From an uncultured delta proteobacterium (GTDB lineage Bacteria; Myxococcota_A; Polyangia; Polyangiales; B10-G4): a stretch of 64,000 bases of DNA. The position numbers and the translations under genes were made by a program. Positions 1 through 8,722 of the stretch are shown here, in pieces; the first letter of the stretch is position 1; the number at the start of each line of letters is the position of its first letter. A model generated the notes under the pieces. The model was not told the DNA's origin. It did no database searches and saw only the letters and a program-made list of their open reading frames with translations. The stretch is taken from contig CAVSGI010000009.1 of NCBI GenBank assembly GCA_963727445.1, positions 288,001 to 352,000 of the forward strand, given 5' to 3'.

Positions 1-276
1 AGCAAGGCCGGCGTCCTCGACGAACGCTACTTCGAGCTGCACGAGCGCGTCCTGCGCTCGAAGCTGCGCGCGCTCGTGCAGAAGCTCCCCGAGGAAGGCT
101 ACCTCTGCGGCGACTTCACCTTCGCCGACATCGTTGCAGGCTACAGCTTCCGACTCGCGGCGGGGATCGACCTCGCCCCGTGGGCCGACGTCGAAGCCTA
201 TCTCCGCCGCCTCGCGGCCCGTCCTGCCGCGCAGAAGGCCCGCTTCTTCCAGAGCATCGAGGCGCGCCTCGGCTGA
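1..276 (+). CDS. Glutathione S-transferase family protein, C-terminal part (5' truncated by window edge)
   Basis: Frame 1 is open from base 1; YLCGD-FTFADI and PxVxAYLxRLxARPA match the GST C-terminal domain pattern. Confidence 0.8.
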   Translation, partial: SKAGVLDERYFELHERVLRSKLRALVQKLPEEGYLCGDFTFADIVAGYSFRLAAGIDLAPWADVEAYLRRLAARPAAQKARFFQSIEARLG

Positions 277-277
277 C

Positions 278-425
278 GTGGAGCTCCACGCCCAACGGCC
301 GGGTCGTGAGTACGACGACGCCTTCTGGCACGCCGTCCACGCTCTGTACGACGAAGCTTTTCCCGGACTGCCCGCGGGCATCGCCCGAGCGCGCGCGCTC
401 GGCGTGCGCTGGCGCGACGTGACGT
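278..425 (+). pseudogene. 5' fragment of a gene, possibly a GNAT acetyltransferase, truncated at a 52-bp repeat
   Basis: GTG 1 nt after the GST stop; reads ELHAQRPGREYDDAFWHAVHALYDEAFPGLPAGIARARALGVRWRDVT with coding-like codons, then runs into repeat DNA. Confidence 0.4.
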
Positions 426-520
426 CTGTCCGTCTTGACAGACCGCCCGCCCGAGGCGACCGCTCGCCCGACGCGTCCTGTCCGTCTTGACGGACCGCTC
501 GCCCGAGGCGACCGCTCACC
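426..520. repeat. Tandem dimer with 52-bp period carrying a GTCCGTC-TT-GACGGAC hairpin
   Basis: CTGTCCGTCTTGAC(A/G)GACCGC(C/T)CGCCCGAGGCGACCGCTC starts at 426 and again at 478. Confidence 0.85.
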
Positions 521-629
521 GACGGGCTGAAGCGGGGCGCCTGGCGACAGCCGCGCTCGCCGTGCACACGGCTCGCGGCGGTGCCTTGCCCAACCGCCAA
601 GGAGCAGGGGAGCGAGGAGCACGTCACGG

Positions 630-726
630 CGGAGCGCTACGAAGTGTTCGCGTCGTCGTTCACGTCACCGCCCGTCGAAGGAAGACTTCGCGCGATGCGT
701 CTCCGCCTCGCCGACGTCGCTGGGCT
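630..726 (+). pseudogene. Isolated copy of the 5' end of the WD40 gene at 2773
   Basis: 635-726 aligns ungapped to 2782-2873 with about 6 substitutions; preceded by GAGGAG and ACG in place of a start codon. Confidence 0.8.
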
Positions 727-882
727 CGACGGTCGTGGCCATCTCGGGTAATCGCAGGGCTTCAAGCAGTTCTACCTGATCGTTCAACGCCGATCATCAC
801 GGGCCCGGTGGAAGACAACGCGCCCGGCGGAGAGAGGGTCGAGTGGTACGACACGATCCAGCTCGATCCGTGACCGCGGCGC

Positions 883-906
883 GGGGAGATCGAAACCCGG
901 TTGGCG
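883..906 (+). repeat. Solo copy of the HUH-element terminal (REP-like) motif
   Basis: GGGGAGATCGAAACCCGGTTGGCG, matching the element left end at 3859-3883 and 17279-17305. Confidence 0.85.
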
Positions 907-1362
907 CCCCATGCCGACCAGAGCAACGACGGCGCAAGTCGGCGATCTCGAGCGTTCGCGTCGCGTCGATGAGCGACAGGATCCCGTAGGGCGCGTTCCG
1001 TCGGCGCGTGTTGAGCGCCTTCTGCACACGGATGAGCTGGTGGGAGCGTAGCCCACCGCCCATCCGCCGTCACACCCGGGCCGGTCTCGCAGCGGTCGAC
1101 GCGCTCACTTCGCGCGGGGCTTCATCGCGCAGCGCGTCCAGCACCCGCGTCGCGAAGGTCCAGGTGTCGTGAGGCATGCGCGCCGTCAGGAAGGGCCCGT
1201 CTTGAACGACGAGACGAGGTGGTCCGCATGTGGGCTTCCACGCACGGCCTGCTCACGCTGCATGGACAGCCCAACGACGATGCCCGGGCCCCAGGTGAAC
1301 GCCTTCGGAGCGCCTCGATACGGACGTCGGCGCCGCTCACGCCCGCGGTGTAGCCTCGACGC

Positions 1363-2682
1363 GTGACCACACGAGCCCCGGATAGCGAGCCACTCGGCCC
1401 GGTCGACAACGCGTGGCTACGCATGGAGAGGCCGGAGAACCCGATGGTGATCACCGGCATCCTGACGTTCGGGGAGCGGATCGTACACGAAGATCTTCGG
1501 GCGCTCGTCGTCGGAAGGCTCCTGCGCTTCCGCCGCTTCCGCCAGCGCGTCATGCGACGTGGGCCCCGAGACGTGGGCTACTGGGAGGACGCACCCGACT
1601 TCGACGTCGGAGCGCATGTGGTCGAGGAGGAGCTTCCAGCACCCGCCGATCGGAGCACGGTGTCGCGACGCGTCAGCGAGCTCATGAGTCAGCCACTCTC
1701 CCTCGACGATCCGCCCTGGCGCATCCATCACCTGGTCGGCTTCGACGGGGACAAGAGCCTGCTCGTGTGCCGGCTGCATCATTGCATCGCCGATGGGTTC
1801 GCGCTGATGCACGTGATGATGTCGTTGACCGATGATGATCCGGACGAGAAGACCGAGGGCGTGCCGCCGGGCGGCGCCGCGACCCGCGGCCGTCGCCTCG
1901 GAGACGCCGAGGGGATACCCGCACGCGTTGTCGAGGCGACTTCACGCCTCTTCGCTGGCCTGCGCCATCTCCTGTTCATGACGAACGAGCCTGCGAGCCC
2001 ATTTCGTGCAGAGCTCACCGGTGCCAAGCGCGCTGCCTGGTCGCGCCCGATTCCCCTCGACCGCATCAAGAGGATCGGGCACGCCCACGGTGGCACGGTG
2101 AATGACGTGCTTCTCGCCGCGGCGACCGGCGCCCTTCGGCGCCACGCCATCTCGCGCGGCCATCCGATGACCAACGCGGAGATCCGCGCCATCGTGCCCG
2201 TCGCGCTTCGCGAACGGTCCGAAATGGAAGAGCTCGGGAACTACTTCGGCCTGGTCTTCCTCGAGCTCCCCATCGGCGTCGCCGACCCACGCGGGCGACT
2301 GCTCGCCGTCGAGGAGCGCATCGCGAAGCTCAAGCACTCCGGCGAAGCACTGCTGGCCTATTACATCCTCGCTCTGGCCGGTGTCGCGACCCGGGCGGTC
2401 GAGGACCTCGTCATCCGCATTTTCGGCGCCAAGACCTCCCTGGTCGTCACCAACGTGCCCGGTCCGAAGGCCCATCGCTGGCTCGTCGGCCATCGCATCG
2501 AGACGATCATGTTCTGGGTCCCACAGTCCGCGAAGGTCGGGCTCGGGGTCAGTCTCTTCAGCTACGCCGGCGCGGTGCGGATCGGCGTCGCCACGGACCT
2601 GGCCATCACCGACGACCCCGAGGCGATCGTCCTGGCGTTCGCCGACGAGCTCGACGCGCTCGAAGAGGCGACTCTGTCGTGA
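1363..2682 (+). CDS. Wax ester synthase/diacylglycerol acyltransferase (WS/DGAT)
   Basis: Catalytic HHCIADG motif, GTVNDVLLAA, LGNYFG, VVTNVPGP, SLFSYAG. Confidence 0.93.
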   Translation: MTTRAPDSEPLGPVDNAWLRMERPENPMVITGILTFGERIVHEDLRALVVGRLLRFRRFRQRVMRRGPRDVGYWEDAPDFDVGAHVVEEELPAPADRSTVSRRVSELMSQPLSLDDPPWRIHHLVGFDGDKSLLVCRLHHCIADGFALMHVMMSLTDDDPDEKTEGVPPGGAATRGRRLGDAEGIPARVVEATSRLFAGLRHLLFMTNEPASPFRAELTGAKRAAWSRPIPLDRIKRIGHAHGGTVNDVLLAAATGALRRHAISRGHPMTNAEIRAIVPVALRERSEMEELGNYFGLVFLELPIGVADPRGRLLAVEERIAKLKHSGEALLAYYILALAGVATRAVEDLVIRIFGAKTSLVVTNVPGPKAHRWLVGHRIETIMFWVPQSAKVGLGVSLFSYAGAVRIGVATDLAITDDPEAIVLAFADELDALEEATLS

Positions 2683-2772
2683 TGTGGCGGTCCGTGGGTC
2701 GCGGATGGAGCCCGCCGTTCCGCCGCCGGTCCCTTCCGACGGGACGCGAGGCGGGGGCTGGTCGCGCCCGCG

Positions 2773-3816
2773 GTGACGGATCGCTACGAAGCGTTCGCTT
2801 CGTCGTTGACGTCACGGCCCCTCGAAGGAAGACTTCGCGCGATGCGTCTCCGCCTCGCCGAAGTCGCTGGGCTGTCGGCCCGGCCCAATTCGCTCGCGGC
2901 GTCACCGGATGGTGAGACCATCGCTTGCACCCTCTTCGAGACGAAGAAGCTTCGCATCGGCGAGGCCGACACATTGGCGGAGCGCAAGACGATTCACCTC
3001 GGACAAGCGTTCACGCGCGGCTGCGCGTTTTCGGCGGACTCGAGTGAGGTCGTGGCGGGACAGAAGGAGCTGAAGGTCTTCTCGCTCGCGACATACAAGC
3101 CGGTCCGAAAGCTCGAGGGTCATCGGCACGACGTGACCCACGTCCAGCTCTGCGCCTCGGGGACGTTGGCGATCACCGCGAGCGGAGTCAATGTGGAGAA
3201 GGCCGACTGCTCCGTGCGAACCTGGGACTTCGCGTCGGGCAAAGAGCTGTCCCGCTGGAAGCTCCCGACCGCGGTGGACGGTCTCGCGGTGCGACCCGAC
3301 GGGTCGTTCGCGATCGGCGTGACCGCTGGCGGAGAGATCGTCGGAGGCGTGCCCGGCCAGAAGGAGCCGCTCTGGACGAGCCGGGCGCCTTCGCCCCCCA
3401 AGCGCGCGCACGGGATCCTGGTGTCGGCCGTATTGCCATCCGACCTCGAGACGGCCTGGATCGGCGGCCATCAGGGAGAGCTGTTCGAGGTCTCCGCCGC
3501 CGACGGCTCGATGATGCGTCAGGTCCGCCAGGCCGACCCCTGGTCGCATGTCGCCGCCGCGCTCGTGGATCTTCCGGAGAGTGCATGCTTCCTCGCCGGC
3601 TTTCATCTTCCAGGACACCTCCGAAAGGCCGCCATCGACCAACGGGGGGCCCGCGATGCGCACATCGCGGTGCTCGATCGCGACGGGGTCGAGGTGTGTT
3701 GGGCACCTGTCGAAGCGGGGCTCGTCGTCGCTGTCGCCGCGAGCTCGAACGGCGACGCCATCTTCGCCGCGACCGCGGAACCCGACGCGCTGCGTCGTTA
3801 CGTCGTCGAGCGGTAA
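2773..3816 (+). CDS. WD40/beta-propeller repeat protein
   Basis: LEGHRHDVTHV...DCSVRTWD, AFSADS, AVRPDGS blade motifs. Confidence 0.8.
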   Translation: MTDRYEAFASSLTSRPLEGRLRAMRLRLAEVAGLSARPNSLAASPDGETIACTLFETKKLRIGEADTLAERKTIHLGQAFTRGCAFSADSSEVVAGQKELKVFSLATYKPVRKLEGHRHDVTHVQLCASGTLAITASGVNVEKADCSVRTWDFASGKELSRWKLPTAVDGLAVRPDGSFAIGVTAGGEIVGGVPGQKEPLWTSRAPSPPKRAHGILVSAVLPSDLETAWIGGHQGELFEVSAADGSMMRQVRQADPWSHVAAALVDLPESACFLAGFHLPGHLRKAAIDQRGARDAHIAVLDRDGVEVCWAPVEAGLVVAVAASSNGDAIFAATAEPDALRRYVVER

Positions 3817-4042
3817 CGGGGCCGGGGCCGGGGGAGATCGTAACCATGTTGGGATCGCGGGGGAGATCGTAACCATGTTGGCGCCGAGCCAGGGACGCCA
3901 GCACCACTGAGGGCCGAAAGTCGCGACAAAACCGCCGGTGGCGGCCGCCGGCGGAGTGGCGGACTTTCGCCACATGATCGGCGTAAGTGGTTGAAATGAG
4001 GTCGCCGATTTGTGGCGCCGTTCTGGCAGTGGGCGCGGAGCC

Positions 4043-5041
4043 ATGTCCGCCCTCCGCAAGCCAAAAACCGCCTACGACCGCCACCTGCGCAGCCGACGAC
4101 GTCGGCGCAGCCGTCGTAAGCGCGTCCTGAAGGGCAAGATCTGGACGACGGTCCGCCGGACGACGCGACGTTACTTCCTCTTCCGGCCGGATGAAGAAGG
4201 AAAGGTAGCGGAGATCTTCTGGTACTGCCTCGCAGTCGCGGCGAAGAAGCACGGCATCGCCGTGCATGCCGCGGTGCTGATGTCGACGCACATCCACCTC
4301 GTCTACACCGACGTGCGCGGCGTGCAGCCCGACTTCAAGCGTGACTTCCACCGCACCTTCGCCCAGGGCCTGAAGGCGCTGCTCGGCTGGCCCGAGGAGG
4401 TCTTCAACAAGTACTTGGGCGGTGAGCACGAGCCGCTCACGGCCGACGCGGTCGCGGACGACATCGCCTACCTCATCGCCAATCCGGTCTCGGCCTTCGC
4501 CGTCCGCTACGCGAAGGACTGGCCCGGGGCCCAGACGCTGCCGAGGGACATCGGCCGGCGCGTCATCGAGGTGGCGCGGCCTGACGGCTACTTCGACGCC
4601 AACAATCCCGACTGGCCCGCGAAGGCGACGCTTCGCCTCGAGATGCCGGAGTGCCTCGTGACCATGTACGGAGAGGACGGAGCGCGCGCGAACCTCGCGC
4701 GTCGCGTGCGCGACTACGAGCGCGCGGCGTTCGCCGAGGCGAAGCAAGAGGGGATCGCCTTCAAGGGGGTGCGTCGGTGCATGCGGGTGGCGCGCACGGC
4801 ACGTGCGCGGAGCTGGGAGCTCTTCGGCAAGCTCAATCCTCGCTTCAAGGCCAGCGGTGACCTGGGCGCGGCGCGCGCCGCCATCGAAGAAAACGCGCAG
4901 TTCGACGAGGACTACGAAGCAGCGCTCGCGCGCTGGACCGCGGGCGACCGGCGGGTCGTCTTCCCTCACGGCACGTGGTGGATGCGCGTCCATCACGGGG
5001 TGCGGGTCGCACCCGCCCCGCGACGTCGGCTCTCTTCGTAG
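4043..5041 (+). CDS. HUH Y1 tyrosine transposase (IS200/RAYT-like) with C-terminal extension
   Basis: VLMSTHIHLV (HUH) and IAYLIANPVSA (catalytic Tyr, RAYT-type YxxxNPV); GGAG before ATG 4043; Arg-rich N-terminus. Confidence 0.88.
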   Translation: MSALRKPKTAYDRHLRSRRRRRSRRKRVLKGKIWTTVRRTTRRYFLFRPDEEGKVAEIFWYCLAVAAKKHGIAVHAAVLMSTHIHLVYTDVRGVQPDFKRDFHRTFAQGLKALLGWPEEVFNKYLGGEHEPLTADAVADDIAYLIANPVSAFAVRYAKDWPGAQTLPRDIGRRVIEVARPDGYFDANNPDWPAKATLRLEMPECLVTMYGEDGARANLARRVRDYERAAFAEAKQEGIAFKGVRRCMRVARTARARSWELFGKLNPRFKASGDLGAARAAIEENAQFDEDYEAALARWTAGDRRVVFPHGTWWMRVHHGVRVAPAPRRRLSS

Positions 5042-5214
5042 CGCCCTTCACGGCGCCCGGTCGGGCTCCCTGCGTGTCTGCGCCAAGCGCGGACGCGCAG
5101 CGGCGCGTCCGTCGGTCGCGTCCGACGCGACGCATGACGGTGACGGCGGTCGATTCCGCTCGAGGCGTGCGGTGATCCGCGACGCGCGGCGTCATCCCGG
5201 CCTCAGGTCCGACG

Positions 5215-5377
5215 CGCCATCGCTCCTTGCGCCGCTCCGCCCACCATCTGGGCTCGTCACTCCTCCGCCAACCTGGTCACGATCTCCCCCCCATCTCCCC
5301 CCGCCATCGCTCCTTGCGCCGCTCCGCCCACCATCTGGGCTCGTCACTCCTCCGCCAACCTGGTCACGATCTCCCCC
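5215..5377. repeat. Direct duplication (87-bp period) of the element right end
   Basis: CGCCATCGCTCCTTGCG...CACGATCTCCCCC at 5215-5290 and 5302-5377. Confidence 0.92.
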
Positions 5378-5449
5378 GAGGGTAGAATGCTGTCGATTCC
5401 GCGTATACCGGCCCGAGACCCCGGCCCGAGACCGAGAATGCCGATTCAA

Positions 5450-6409
5450 ATGAGCTTCCTTCAACGCACGGCGCTGCTCTCGTCGACCATCGTGATCATC
5501 AGCGCGACGCTCGGCTGTGGCTCACGCCGGGGCGTCGTCAGCGACACGGGGGTCGCTCGCGACGCCTCGATGGATGGCGCCATCGGTGACGGTACGGTGG
5601 GCGACAGCGCATCGAGCGATGGCGCGGCGGACACCACGGTGGGTGACGGGTCCCTCGACAGCGAAACGCCGGGCGACGGGGGCGCGCCCTACATCGGTGA
5701 AGAGTGCTATCCCGACGACGCCTGCTGGAGCGGGTGTGGTGAGGACGCGCCGGTGCGCGACTGCGCGGCGGCCTGTCCGGCGGCCGGTCGGCAATGCTGG
5801 GAGGGTTGTCGTCGAGAGTTCATCTCGCTCGCGGAGTGCACGACGCTCTGTGGGTTCGACGGACCGGGCTCCCAGGCAGGATGCGCCGAGCTGTGCTCGG
5901 AGTATGGCGAGACGCTGGCGAGCTGTCGGTCACTTTGTGGCGACCTCACTAGCAACTGTGGCCAGGCGGCCTGCGTCCAACTCTGCCGAAACGAGGAACT
6001 GACGGCGGCGGAATGCGTCGCGGCGTGTCCCGCCTTCGATACGCCGTTGGGTATCGGCTGGTGCTACACCGCGTGCCTCGGAAACACCCCGGCCGCGGAG
6101 TGTCGCTCACTCTGCGGCGGCGCGGGGACGACCTGCGGAGAGAGCGGGTGCTGGCAGATCTGTGACGACGCCACCCCGCCGGCCAGCTGCGCGAGCACGT
6201 GTGGAGTGACGACGGCGTGCGGGATCGGTCGCTGCTACTTGCACTGTGGAAGAGCGGGGCTCGATTTCTCGGTGTGCCGCGAGACCTGCGGGTACGTGGA
6301 GGGGACTTGCGACTGCCTCTTCAGCGGCTCGGTTCGCGAGACGTGCATGGACGCCTGCCTCGAGGCGGGCGAGACCGGCACTCTCTGCGACATGATTTGC
6401 GCGCCCTGA
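5450..6409 (+). CDS. Cys-rich lipoprotein with about 8 twin-CX3C repeats
   Basis: Signal ending TLGC, Asp/Gly/Ser linker, then repeated CxxxC-x(8-9)-CxxxC units. Confidence 0.8.
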   Translation: MSFLQRTALLSSTIVIISATLGCGSRRGVVSDTGVARDASMDGAIGDGTVGDSASSDGAADTTVGDGSLDSETPGDGGAPYIGEECYPDDACWSGCGEDAPVRDCAAACPAAGRQCWEGCRREFISLAECTTLCGFDGPGSQAGCAELCSEYGETLASCRSLCGDLTSNCGQAACVQLCRNEELTAAECVAACPAFDTPLGIGWCYTACLGNTPAAECRSLCGGAGTTCGESGCWQICDDATPPASCASTCGVTTACGIGRCYLHCGRAGLDFSVCRETCGYVEGTCDCLFSGSVRETCMDACLEAGETGTLCDMICAP

Positions 6410-6886
6410 TTCGAGGATGTGCCGTCCGCCGTCGGTAGCGTGCAGTAGATGCCCATCAGCTCTCCGGCCAGGCGGCCCATCTCTCCCTCGCGCAACCCAC
6501 ACCCGCCAACGAAGCGGCGCAGACAAGAGCATCCCAAGACCGGATCTGCATGGGGATTGGGATGTCCCAAGACCCGATCGCGTCGATGACCACGTAAGGG
6601 CAAATTGGGGGAAGCCTCCCGAGCTCTTCTCGCACGAACGCGCTCGTCGGCCCTGTCGAGGAGCGGAACACGAAATGTGGGTCACCGAGCACTTTGTAGT
6701 GAATCGTAGGCGAGGAGCCGCCGTCCATCCCGGCGTCGTTGGAGAGGCGTGGCGGGTGCATGGGGCATCGGCCGCGAACGACCGGAGCGCGACGCGAGCA
6801 GCGTCGAGGCCACGGCCGGGGTGCACCTTGCGGGAGGAGTGCCCTTTCCAGCGGCGGTTTCCAACACGCATCGAGAGAATCCCGCA

Positions 6887-7162
6887 ATGAAAAAGTACAT
6901 TACCTTTCTCGCCTCCCTTCTCATCACCTTCACCGTCCTCAGCGGCTGCGGAAAGTCCGTCTGCGAAGAGATCGTCGACAAACAGGTCGCGTGCGACACG
7001 ACAGGCCTCGCCAGCGCCTTCCGCGGTGCCGCCGTCTCGGCCTGCGAGCAGTCCGACAACAGCAACGCAGACCTCGAAGCCTGCAACGACTGCCTCGAAG
7101 GCAAGAGCTGCGAGGAGATGAGCGAATGCGACACGGTCTGCGACTTCGGTAGCGGCAGCTGA
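6887..7162 (+). CDS. Small Cys-rich lipoprotein
   Basis: MKKYITFL...VLSGC lipobox; acidic Cys-rich mature part; GC3-rich codons. Confidence 0.8.
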   Translation: MKKYITFLASLLITFTVLSGCGKSVCEEIVDKQVACDTTGLASAFRGAAVSACEQSDNSNADLEACNDCLEGKSCEEMSECDTVCDFGSGS

Positions 7163-7758
7163 GGCGAGGGCGCAGCGCCGATACTCCGCATTTCCTGCAA
7201 CGCGGGGGATGCGACGATCGACTCGGTCGTGAACGCAGCGCCCGACGGGCCCGCAGAGGACACGGGCCCGTCGAAGTGCGCATTCCGGCGCGCCTTTCGA
7301 TCGATCCGATTGCAGAAGCTCGGTCTGCGGCGTCAACGTTGGAAGCAGCTTTGGTGTCGGCCTCGTCGCTTCTGCTATGGCGACGGCCTCGCGTGAGCAC
7401 TCCGAGGACCAAGTCGGTGGCGCCAGTCCGCCTCGCGCTCGCGCTCCCCGAGCCCAACGGAGCCCGCGCTCGACCTGCGGGTCCACGCCATCGCGCGGGC
7501 GGTTCGAATCTCTGGCAGTGGCAGGGTCAGTCCTCGAATCTCGGCCCCAACGACACGCGCGTCGTCGTCGACGACCGCTTCACCCCCGACGGCGAGCTCT
7601 GCCCATGTGGGTGATGCATCGCGACGAAGAGGGCGCCGTCATCCGCGATGGCGAGGTCGAGCGGGAAGAGCCCTTCGGCGGTTCGTGACCAGCAGAGCAG
7701 CCGGCGGCTCCCGCCGAAACCACCCCCCAACCGAACGCGCCGTAGTAGGTTCTTCAGG

Positions 7759-8247
7759 ATGCGAGCCCCCAGCTTCACGCTTCTCGTCTCTGTCATCGCC
7801 GCGTCCCTCCCCCTCGGTTGCACCGCCGACACCACGCCCGGTGGCCCGCCGATGTGCACCGGCGGCGGCTGTACGACCTGCGTAGCGACCGACTGCACCT
7901 GCAGCGGCGGAGGCCGGTGCATGACGGTGTGCGAAGACGGCTGCAACCTGACCTGTTCGGGCTCCGCCGGCTGCTCCGGCGAGTGTGGTAACGACTGCAA
8001 CTTCACCTGCTCCGGCACGGACGAGTGCAACGTCGTCGTCGGTGCGCGCTCCGAGATCACGTGCTCGGGCTCTCACGGGTGCGTGGTCGAGTGCGTCGGC
8101 GGCAACTGCGTGGCTTCGTGCGGCGGGAGCGATGGGTGCGCGATCGTCTGCTCGGACGGTGGCTGCACCATCGATTCGTGCGCCGAGGGCGATGTGCAGG
8201 AGTGCGCCGACGGGACGCTCGTCTGCGCGCGCGCCTGTCCAGAGTGA
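7759..8247 (+). CDS. Cys/Gly-rich repeat lipoprotein
   Basis: PLGC lipobox; repeated CxxxCSGxxGC units. Confidence 0.8.
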   Translation: MRAPSFTLLVSVIAASLPLGCTADTTPGGPPMCTGGGCTTCVATDCTCSGGGRCMTVCEDGCNLTCSGSAGCSGECGNDCNFTCSGTDECNVVVGARSEITCSGSHGCVVECVGGNCVASCGGSDGCAIVCSDGGCTIDSCAEGDVQECADGTLVCARACPE

Positions 8248-8370
8248 GCCTCGAGCGTCCGACGCTCCCACCGGGTCATGCCGTCGATGCGATCGAACCT
8301 TCGTCGAAGAAGGGGACGAGCGGTTACCGCCTCGCCACAGGCGGTGCCTTGGAAGATGCCGAGGCGGAAA

Positions 8371-8590
8371 TCAGTCCCGCGACACGATGGTGCAGGTCTC
8401 CGTCTCGGGGTCGAAAGTGATCACCGCGGTTCCGGCGGCGAGCTCGGCCCGGACGCGCTCGCGCTTGGTTTCGATCGGGACGTCCGTGTGCCCATAGTCG
8501 GTGCCTTCCCGGAGCACGTAGTCGTCGATGACGCTGTCGAGCGCTTCGGGGCTCAGGCGCTCGGGAGGGGATCTCGAAAGGGTCGCTCAT
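8371..8590 (-). CDS. yheU: YheU (UPF0270) family protein with a +1 frameshift near 8567-8570
   Basis: Removing one base of the G4 run gives MSDPFEIPPERLSPEALDSVIDDYVLREGTDYGHTDVPIETKRERVRAELAAGTAVITFDPETETCTIVSRD; LREGTDYG is the family signature. Confidence 0.8.
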
Positions 8591-8722
8591 CGTCCCAGAT
8601 GCTCGTCGAGGAACGGAAGATTGTCGTCCGCCTGTTCTGCCACCGGGAGTTGCGTGGATTGCAGGGAGCTGCGGCCCCCGTTGCTCCGGCGGCATTCCGT
8701 GATTCGCGGCATACCGTGAGCG

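Larger units (their letters stand above)
3830..5377 (+). mobile_element. HUH/Y1 (RAYT-like) transposase element, copy 1, with inverted terminal motifs duplicated at both ends
   Basis: Left motifs 3830-3852 and 3859-3883; inverted right motifs 5266-5292 and 5353-5377; nearly identical to 17279-18742. Confidence 0.9.

Noticed and set aside
3188..4996. 602-aa minus-strand ORF, and the N-terminal part of 16196..18418
   Set aside because: Antisense shadows of the transposase; the real L,D-transpeptidase starts near 17227
4043..5292. IS605-type TnpB/IscB RNA-guided system
   Set aside because: No RuvC or HNH nuclease ORF in or next to either element
7495..7690. GGTTCGAATC as a tRNA T-arm
   Set aside because: No cloverleaf or acceptor stem around it; possibly a gene remnant, but it cannot be supported
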